This document shows, piece after piece, positions 12,940 to 23,184 of a DNA stretch of 64,000 nt (the stretch's first letter is position 1; the number at the start of each line of letters is the position of its first letter). The stretch spans positions 29,450,001-29,514,000 of the forward strand of contig OZ260665.1 in NCBI GenBank assembly GCA_965285935.1, in the 5' to 3' direction. The stretch comes from Ophelia neglecta. Its lineage: Eukaryota. Below the pieces are notes generated by a model. The model saw only the letters and a program-made list of their open reading frames with translations, did no database searches and was not told the origin of the DNA. The position numbers and the translations under genes were made by a program.

Positions 12940-15256
12940 CATAGGGAAGTGGCCCTGCACACGCATTTTTTCTCGTGTACATGCATTCAAATGCGTGAAC
13001 TCGTGTACACATGCGTTTACTCGTGTACATGCATTTGTTCTCATGTACAAGCATTCATATGCGTGTACTCACGTACACGCATTCATATGCGTGTACTCGT
13101 GTACATGCATTTGAATGCGTGTACACGCATTCCTATGTGTGTACTTGTGTACATGCACTTTTTCTTGTGTACACACAATCATATGTGTGTACCCCTGTAC
13201 AAGCATTTGTTCTTGTGTACATGCATTCAAATGAGTGTACTCGTGTACACACATCTGATCTCGTGTACACGCATTTCTGTACTCATGTACACACATTTAA
13301 ATGTGTTTACTCGTCTACACGCATTTGTTCTCAAACACATGCATTCAAATGCGTGTACACGCTTACATGTACACAGGCGGCATCTGTGAGGCCAACCCTG
13401 TTACCTACCTGGCAGGTGAAAAGCTAAAATTTGGCTTCCTTTCATTCCTACTTTCAGAAAATAGCCTTAAAAAATATCAAAATAGTGTTTATTTAGAGGA
13501 AAATGAATTCCTCATTGTTTCAAGATTATTTCCGAGTTATTTACCTGCGTGACTCTATTATCAACTAAAAAATGTTAATGAAATCAACTGTAAACATACC
13601 AGGTTTAGGGATATTACAAGAGTCACACTCAATCTTGTACTTGTGTGCACGCATTTCTGTTCTCATGTATTCATGCGTGAACTCGTGTACACATGCATGA
13701 ACTCGTGTACACATGCGTTAATTCGTGTACACGCATTCATCTGTGAACTCGTGTACACACATTTTATCTCGTGTACACGCATTCATATGTGTGAACCCGT
13801 GTACACGCTTTTTTTCTCGTGTACACGCATTCAAATGTGTGTACTCGTGTACACGCACTTGTGTACACGAATTCATATGCTTGTACTCGTGTACACGCAT
13901 TTAAATGCGTGTACTCGTGTACACACATTTTATTTCGTGTACACGCATTCATTAGTGTGAACCCGTGTACACACTTTTGTTCTCGTGTACATGCAATCAA
14001 ACTCGTGTACACGCATTCAAATGCGTGTACATGCATTCAAATGCGTGTACTCGTGTACACTCATCTGTTCTCGTGTACACGCATTCATGTTCTCATGTAC
14101 ACGCATTTAAATGTGTGTACTCGTCTACACGCATTTGTTCTCGTGTACATGCATTCAAATGCGTGTACACGCTTACACGTACACAGGTGGCATCTGTGAG
14201 GCCAACCCTGTTACCTACCTGGCAGGTGAAAAGCTAAAATTTGGCTTCCTTTCATTCCTACTTTCAGAAAATAGCCTTAAAAAATATCAAAATAGTGTTT
14301 ATTTAGAGGAAATGAATTCCTCATTGTTTCAAGATTATTTCCGAGTTATTTACCTGCGTGACTCTATTATCAACTAAAAAATGTTAATGAAATAAACTTT
14401 AAACATACCAGGTTCAGGGATATTACAAGAGTCACACTCAATCGTGTACTTGTGTACATGCATTTCTGTACTCATGTACACATGCATGAACTCGTGTACA
14501 CATGCGTTAATTCGTGTACACGCATTCATATGCGTGTACTGTGTACACGCATTCATCTGTGAACTCGTGTACACACATTTTATCTCGTGTACACGCATTC
14601 ATATGTGTGAACCCGTGTACACGCTTTTGTTCTCGTGTACACTCATTCAAATGCGTGTACTCGTGTACACGCACTTGTGTACACGAATTCATATGCGTGT
14701 ACTCGTGTACACGCATTTATATGCGTGTACTCGTGTACACACATTTTATTTCATGTACACGCATTCATTAGTGTGAACCCTTGTACACACTTTTGTTCTC
14801 GTGTACATGCAATCAAACTCGTGTATACGCATTCAAATGCGTGTACATGCATTCAAATGCGTGTACTCGTGTACACTCATCTGTTCTCGTGTACACGCAT
14901 TCATGTACTCATGTACACGCATTTAAATGTGTGTTCTCATCTACACGCATTTGTTCTCGTGTACATGCATTCAAATGCGTGTACACGCTTACACGTACAC
15001 AGGTGGCATCTGTGAGGCCAACCCTGTTACCTACCTGGCAGGTGAAAAGCTAAAATTTGGCTTCCTTTCATTCCTACTTTCAGAAAATAGCCTTAAAAAA
15101 TATCAAAATAGTGTTTATTTAGAGGAAAATGAATTCCTCAGTGTTTCAAGATTATTTCCGAGTTATTTACCTGCGTGACTCTATTATCCACTAAAAAATG
15201 TTAATGAAATCAACTATAACACACATTTCTGTCCTCGTGTACACGCATTCAAATGC
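12940..15256. repeat. Higher-order satellite: about 3 x 810-816-bp units, each ~550 bp of 20/28-nt TCGTGTACACGCATT subrepeats plus a ~260-bp non-repetitive block
   Basis: The block CATCTGTGAGGCCAACCCTGTTACCTACCTGGCAGG... starts at 13381, 14191 and 15007. Subrepeats contain the palindrome GTGTACAC. Confidence 0.92.
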
Positions 15257-15693
15257 TTTTCTTGTCCTTCGTACAAATGAAAAAAATGTTCATTAATAAT
15301 ATGTGATAAGGTTACCAGGTTACTTTATACTATTATTGATAATAATTTTATTAACCAGTTTGTTGAAACACCTTTTGACCTAATCTTTGAAAATAAGCAA
15401 GGTATTTGCTCCAAATTTTGCTGTGTTTGCTGTGTTTCATGAAAAGTCAAGTGATAAGCTGACTAGTTAACTATATTAATAACTGCAAAAACAAAAAATA
15501 GTTAAGGTTTTTTTTCTTTGAAATTTATATGGACACTTGATAATTTACAATTGGTTATTTGTAATGATAGAAAAATTAGTTAAACTTTTATTCTTTATTA
15601 ATGAATTATATAGGGCAGTTTGACCATGTAGTGGCCTTTGTTATGTAATTTGCATCATTATATCCGCGAAATGCGGATATTATGTTTTCAGTA

Positions 15694-15695
<2 letters not shown>

Positions 15696-15752
<57 letters not shown>
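15696..15752. repeat. (GCC)19 microsatellite inside the HINE-like element
   Basis: Uninterrupted GCC run of 57 nt. Confidence 0.95.
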
Positions 15753-15754
<2 letters not shown>

Positions 15755-16141
15755 AGATTTTAGTCGTTAACGCGATAACTCAAAAACCATTACGTACATC
15801 TTTTTCAAATTCAACACAGCCATAGACCTTATTGAGAGGAGGAACTGATTAGATTCTGGTGAAAATCCAATAATTATTAATTAGTTAAAACAATTAATTA
15901 ATTGCGTCAGAAACGCAATTTCTGCAATAACACAAAAAATATTTGATACATCTTTTTCTTATTTGACACAGCTATAGACCTTATTGAGAGGAAGACCTGT
16001 CTTTATTCTGGTGAATTTCTGATAATTATTAATTAGTTAAAATAATTAATTAATTATGTAAAAAACACATTTTCTATCATATATTCCAAACTATAGATGA
16101 TATTGGCTTGAAGTTTTGTGTCATGATTCATGTAATTACTA

Positions 16142-16319
16142 CAGTGAAACCTGTGAATTAAGACCACCCAAGGGACTGGGAAATACTGGTCTGATTTCGG
16201 AGGTGGTCTGTTTAGACAGGTTAATTAACATTGAAAGTATACATCATGGTCCTTATATAAGTGGTTAAAATAGGCAGGTGGTCTGATTATAGAGGTAGCC
16301 TTTAAGGCAGGTTTCACTG
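16142..16319. mobile_element. Tc1/mariner-type MITE nested in the HINE-like element
   Basis: Perfect 12-bp TIR CAGTGAAACCTG / CAGGTTTCACTG with TA on both sides (16140-16141 and 16320-16321); internal GACCAC/GTGGTC motifs. Confidence 0.9.
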
Positions 16320-19300
16320 TATATACAATCTGTGTAATAAATTAACTAGTTAACTTTATTAATGACCTGAAAAAAATTAGTTAAGGCAGTTTTCATCATT
16401 ATTGAGGTCATATGGAACCTACTACAATGTGTGTAATAAGTTAACTAGTTAACTTTATTAATGACCTGAAAAAAATTTAGTTAAGGTCGTTTTGCATTAT
16501 TATTGAGATCTTATGGAACCTACAAATAAGTTCATTTATTAATTAATGACCTGAAAAAAAATTAGTTAGGGTCATATTGCATTATTATTGAGGTCATATG
16601 ACCCAAACTTTAAGAATGACCTGCATTATTATTGAGGTCAAATAGAACCTACTACAATCTGTGTAATAAGTTAACTAGTACTGGGTAATAAGTTAACTAG
16701 TTTAACTTTATTAATGACCTGAACAAAATTTAGTTAAGGTCGTTATCTTCTGTGCCAACTAACAGCTACCATATTCACTACCTCGCCTTATGCCATGTTT
16801 CCCATTCGATTATTGCACGCATTCGCGGATATACCCCTTGCTGTCGGCCCCCGACAGCGTTGGCCTAGTTATACTATTTCAGTTAGTTAACTTCATTAAT
16901 GGTGCAAATACTTTTCTTGTCGTACAAACTAAAAACTACCATTTTTATTACTCCATCTTATAGCATGTTCGCCAATCAACTATTGCACACATTCGCGGAT
17001 ATAGCCCTTGCTGTCAGTCCCCCGACAGCATTGGCCTAGTTAATCATTACTAAATGATAAAAAGTCATTGTTAAAAGAGGCTTTTTAATCACTCTCTTTA
17101 CCATAAACTTACTTATCGCTAAGTAATCTCTTACTAGTCCATAAGGCCATGAAAAGAAAGAACTTTGTTTAGCGTCCCAGGATATTAAAAAAGCTAGGAG
17201 GGAAGGTGCAAAATTAACTCTTGCACACACACAAACACATAGCTTCCATAGTGTAATAGGTTATTTTCAGTCATTTTTCCACCTCCTTATTTTTCTTCCT
17301 CTTTTTAATTTTTTCAGCACCACTCATGATGAAGTCTGAAATGATTAATAATCGCTTATAATCTGCAATGTGGGAAATGATTATTGAACAATTTAGTGAC
17401 TTTTCTGTGAGAATTAACTGATTAGAGGAGACATTACCTGTCAAAGTTAAAATGAAGCAAAAGTAACCTCATACTACGTTATGACAAGTAAATGAGGTCT
17501 TAGGGGAAATTTCAGAAGCATTTTAACATTCTGAACTAATTATTAATAGAACTTACTTCAAATCAGAGACCTTTAAAAATGCTTATAAATACATTGATGT
17601 CAGGTTAATAATCACTTGGTAGAAGGAAGCCACTGAAATCCACGATTATTAATTGCTAGATTAACTTTAACATACAAATTGCCATGTGGATGACACAAAT
17701 TATTGATAAAATATTAATATTATTAATAAATGGAATAATTAAACAGTGAATAAAGATTGTAAAGCCAGAGTCTAACTATCATAAAAAGATTAATATTCGC
17801 TGTTGGTCAGCCACGAAAGATGTGATCGCGTCACCCCGACACAGTTGCATTAGAGTCAGTAGAAAATGAGGCAATGTGGGTCTCATAAAACTCTGGATTC
17901 CAACCAAATTTTGAAATTCTCAACATCTTTATTTGCTTTAAAATGACTGGCCACTTAATGCATCATATTATGAGTCTTCAAATGGGTGACAGAGCGATAA
18001 AAAATTGCCAAAAAGGTGCAAAAGTATTAACCTGGCCTGACTGCGCTGTCCGTGGGTAACACAAGGTCCTGTGTGCTCATGGTTCTAGTTTCCGTGAGTT
18101 TTTAGAATTACGAGGACAGGAATTGAGGGAAGTTACATATTTTGGTGCGATTATTCAGCGCTTACATAATAGTCTTGTCAAAAAACTATTATTAAAGTAA
18201 TTTTACTTCTTTATATAGAGCAGGTAAAATTTGCTCTTGAACGCAAATTTATTCTTTCAAAAATAATTTACTTCTAGATGCAAGATTTGCCTGCGTACAG
18301 GAAAATTTTTCCATTTTTTCCCTTGGGTGATCTTACCATTTTTTAGCCGAGTTCCACGTGTCTATGGAAATCTTTTCTCCTAGCATAGACTATCAAATAA
18401 TCTTTGAATTATCAGCTGTTGTTTCAACTCTTGTTGATTTTTTATCTATTGCATTGAAGTCTCCACATAGCGCTATCTTTTGCATTTCTTGGGTTTAATT
18501 GGGTTATATTTTTTAAAGATTTTCATAGTTTGCATTTGGAGTTTCTAGCACTGTCCCCTGTTGCAATGTACACTCCTCCACTCCATTGCTAAATATCTAC
18601 ATTTCGTCTTTGATTGGTGGATTTAGTGAATTTTATTCCAAGCTTTCTAGCACAAAAATGATGCCACTTTTTTTTAGACACAATTGATTTTCATGACATT
18701 GTTGTCCGAGATGGATTACTTTTCTGGCAGTTCCTACTTTGTTAATTCCAAGATTTAATCCTATCAGTGTATTTACTTCATCTTCTGGGGTACCCTCTGC
18801 CCACTGTTGCCATTTTTTCAGCGCTTAAGCCCGGGCTCTCAAGCTTATATTTGTATAAAAGTCAGGCAATGTGTATCACTATGCCAAATGACCACATGGC
18901 AAACTGAAAAGACCTTAATTGTAGCTAAGGTTTCGATTCAATTCAATTAAAATGATTTACACTTGCCATTTGTTCTCCCCAAACTTCCAAATATCAGTGA
19001 GAAATGATGGTAGCTGCTGAGTTAATCTGATGAACCAAGAAGGCAATGATCTGATACATTTTGGTCCCAATCTCCTCTTTTTCTTTGCATATTTTGAGTG
19101 GTGCCCCTGCCTTATGTAGCCTATTAGTAATAGGATACCCTTCCAACTCTCAGTACTGCTATTTTTTAGTGACCCATTTCTCATTTTGTTCCTTTCCTTA
19201 TTTGGTTCTTCGCCCTCCCCCCCCCCCCATGCATAACTCATTTAGTTTCAAATGGTCACTATATAAAATGGTAGCGTACAGTGTAGCAAGGCAAAAAAAA

Positions 19301-22296
19301 AAATCTTGTTTTTGGCTATTATATGGCATCCAATAGTGACTGGCAGATTTGGCCCAAAAGTTATCAGCTTCTACCTATGGCATATGTGCATATCCTATGA
19401 ATCATTTCACCAGTGGACAGCTGAACCAGTAATAAACAGAATTCTTCACCACAACTGCACTCTTGAATATGTCAAAACTCAGAGATACTAATCAATAATG
19501 ATTTGTTCCAGTGGCTGGCAGGGCTTTTCTGGTTTCAGAACATGAATATTAATTTAACTCAAAGTATTAAGAATTCTTTCCAATTCCCTGGGGCTTTTTG
19601 TTGTTTGAGAAAAATGACATTTTTTAATTCAACGGAATTTGCTGCTTTTTACAGAAAATATATGAGAGGTTACCAGCATGATTAGCACTTTAATGTATGC
19701 ATGGATGTTATACTATGTTTGTAAGACAAAAACAATATATAAGTCATTTGTACATGTAGTAATATGAGAAAAAATACTCCGTTCATAATATCTATAATTA
19801 TTTTTAAATAAGTGATAGTTATAAATAATAGTTATAAATAATGATTCATGCTTGCTCAGTAAATTAATGTGTATCCTCTGCCGTTCATATACAAATAGAT
19901 ATTACTTTTTAGGTGGATGATGTCTTTATTGTCACACATTAACACTTACCTGGTGATACATGGTGTAATTGTGCACATAATAGATGTTTAGTCAATGACT
20001 GATGTCTTACTGAAGAGAGCGGATGCATTTTACTGGCAGGCTGTATTCAGTACTGGAACAGTGGAAACCATTAGGGTTCACTGATTGATAATGTAGCTGT
20101 TATGGCTACATTAATAATGTACATAATGCAATGGAGTTTTGTTAGTCATTTAGGCTCTTATTGTCCCCCAACTTTTTCTGGAGTGGCTAGCTTTTCAAAT
20201 GGCTACAACTCGGGAAAGGCTTGGTGCACAGGAACTATTTTTTGCACAGTAAGGTATGAGGCTGACATTTCTTTTGGGGACAAAAATGAGCTTCATAGAT
20301 GCTTATATTACTTCAGTTGGCCAAATTTTCATGACAAAGCTTGAAAGTGCTATAGCATGAAAGTATTACAGGCACAAATTGAAGCAGAGGGAGAAGTACA
20401 TGCTTGTCATTAACTGATTAACTCTTGGTGTAAACCTGAATATGTTAATTTGCCATAGCATCACAAACCAAAAAGGAGCGATTCTCCATGACTTTTGTTA
20501 CTTTCAAATATATGTTGAGAGTGTATAGGAAGTATTACAATGTGATTCTGATTTTTATCAGATATGACCCAGTGTTGGAAATAAGTGCCCATCCCTACAT
20601 CCATGATGGCCTAAAAATGAGAAGGCTATGTAACTTTTTTAAGTATCTATTCCTTATTTCTGGTTAAAATAAAACTTCAAAGGACATGTTACTTTTCAAA
20701 GTAGCTTGTCGCTTTGGGTTTTGTCCATACATTTTTGTTATAGTACGGAAGCAAGCCGTATTTGCTGGTTTGTAAGCTTGTCACAGGTCATACGACACTA
20801 ATAAAACGCAGAGCAGTTTGAGCACGCCTGGGTGATAAAGTTTAAATACATTTCTTTGCTTGTACCTGTGTACAGTCCAGGCAGTTTGGCGTTTTTGGGT
20901 ATCTGTGTTTTACTATTAATCAGTTTCATCACAAACAGCCCAGATGTACATGTACGTCAGTGTAATTTCGTGAAAAAACTATAGCCAAACCAGTCTGCAA
21001 ACAGCTTGAAATATCAGCATTGTTAGGAGGTAATTAGGACTCCTGACAGAAAAAAAAAATGCAGGAAAAATGCAAAGGCTACATTAAGGTCTGAATAAGT
21101 AAAAACCATGAATTTTACAAAAATGATGAATTTAGTGTTTTTTTAAGCAGTAACTGTAGATCTTAGAAATATAATCTTGGAAACCACATTTTTGGCAAAT
21201 TATCAAGTTCCCAGACTTAACCTTGGTGTGCATTTTCAAGGACAAAACAATAAAACAATTATTTCTGCTTTCATTTTAGAACCTAAAGCCCAAAACTAAA
21301 TTGAAAGTCTATTAGACCGAATGCTTCATCTTTGCAACTTTTTGACTTGTCTGGTTGTCATGACTACATCTCCTTCGGATAAAGGAGTCTACTATCTCTT
21401 CTAATAGGTTTGTGTGTGTGTGTGTGTTGGGGGGGGGGGGGGGTATGCATTCCTGAATCCTTTTTGATAAAAGTGGCAGAAATCTAAATGGGACTCTTCT
21501 TTATATGTAGCAATATATATATATTCATCTCTTGCAATTCAGCAATTCTGAAATTTTTTTTTCTCATTTAGTATTAAGCTGAACAATTAAATGTATCATG
21601 AGATGACTGTTTAATCCTCTTCTGATAAACATGACCTCCCCCTGATATATGCCTTCAGCGACTAAGTTTTACTCTCTGTTTTGGAGGTGACGCAGCAGCT
21701 ATATTGATGCCTCTGGGGGATTGCGCCAAGACTGCTGCGAGGATGCCAGGTAGCATCAGACACCTTTCACTACCTGCCCACATTGATTATTGGTTTTCTG
21801 CACAGTGCACAGGTAGCGGGCTCAACGCAGGCTGCGGCCCTCAGAGAAGATAGACATGTACATCATCACCTGGAGTATGGCTTCTGGAAAAGCCACTGGA
21901 CCTTTTTCATTAGACAACAAAACACCCATAGCCAGCAGGATGATTTCGGTGGTTTCCTGTTTGTACATTTGAGAAAAGGTTATTGTACTATTACCAGACT
22001 GCTCCAAGGAGGCTGAGTCGTAACAGGCATGGACCATGGCTGCTTAGCATTTACTTCTGATTCCACAGAGAATACTTGCGGGCAAGTAATGCCTCATCTT
22101 TGCTGTCCTAAGTTGGATTGGCGACATCCTATATGCATCTGTGTATCAGATGCCTTAAACAGCCGGGCTAATGAGGAAAGCTCTTCTTCAGTCACTGTTC
22201 ATGGAGATGGATATAACATATGCAGCTGAGGAATTGTCTGTCAGCATTTCACCCTTTGCACAGGATATCCAAGTGATATAACTTGTATTGTTATGC

Positions 22297-23184
22297 ATGG
22301 CAATGGCGGTACATATTAGAAAATTTGTACGCAAAAGACTGATAGGTGAACGTTTCCTTGTGATAACAGCCATTTTAGGTCTAGGCTATGTAGGCATTTG
22401 TATTTCCATAACTTTTGCCACAAAAGGGACAAATTCCAGTGCTATAAGTAATCCTGAAGATATAGGGTTAGACAACAGATGGAGGTTTCGAAAGTTACTT
22501 CAGACATTTTCAAATCAAAGCTCTGACCCAACGCTAGGGTACAATACCACTGCGATGGTAGCTGAAGTTACAACAAAGAGACCTAGAGGGCAGTTCCCTC
22601 CTGAAATGATTTCTCAGAATGACCTGAATCATGGGGCCATCGTTTTGCACATAATCGGTGTGATATACATGTTTGTGGCCCTTGCTATAGTCTGTGATGA
22701 ATTTTTTGTTCCTTCCCTAGAGGTCATCATCGATAAATTTAAAATCTCTGAGGATGTGGCTGGTGCCACCTTTATGGCTGCAGGGGGAAGTTCGCCTGAA
22801 CTTTTCACTAGTTTCATAGGCGTGTTCGCTATTCATAGTGATGTCGGCATTGGGACAATTGTGGGCTCAGCAGTGTTTAACATCCTTTTTGTGATTGGAA
22901 TGTGTGCAATAGTTAGTGAACAAGTGTTGACATTGACATGGTGGCCACTGTTTCGGGATGTGTTTTTCTACAGTATCAGTTTAGCGGTCCTCATTGCTTT
23001 TTTTCTAGGCAATAAAATCTACTGGTGGGAAGCATTGTTCTTGATATTGATTTACATTGTCTACGTGATCTTCATGAAGTTCAACCATTCCATTGAAGCC
23101 TGGGTCAAATCCAAGATCCCCAGTCAAAATCGGGTGAGAACAATTGCTGTTCGAAGTACAGACAACCTTATCGATGATCTAGAT
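22297..23184 (+). CDS. SLC24A2: NCKX coding exon 1 (signal/TM0, extracellular segment, first TM bundle with alpha-1 repeat)
   Basis: In-frame TAA at 22279-22281 precedes ATG 22297 (alternative ATG 22303). Encodes [29 protein letters not shown] and [20 protein letters not shown]. Donor GAT|GTAAGT at 23185, phase 0. A large first coding exon is typical of NCKX1/2. Confidence 0.95.

Larger units (their letters stand above)
15658..17041 (+). mobile_element. Helentron-associated non-autonomous element (HINE / DINE-1-like) with duplicated 3' end
   Basis: 5' subTIR hairpin TATCCGC-GAAAT-GCGGATA at 15661; (GCC)19; internal tandem repeats; 3' subTIR TTCGCGGATATA at 16822; hairpin GCTGTCGG-CCC-CCGACAGC at 16840-16858; CTAGTT end. 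A second 3' end copy lies at 16981-17041. Confidence 0.82.

Noticed and set aside
12809-15178. Many Cys/His-rich ORFs resembling zinc-finger or metal-binding proteins
   Set aside because: They are translations of the GTGTACAC satellite in several frames on both strands.
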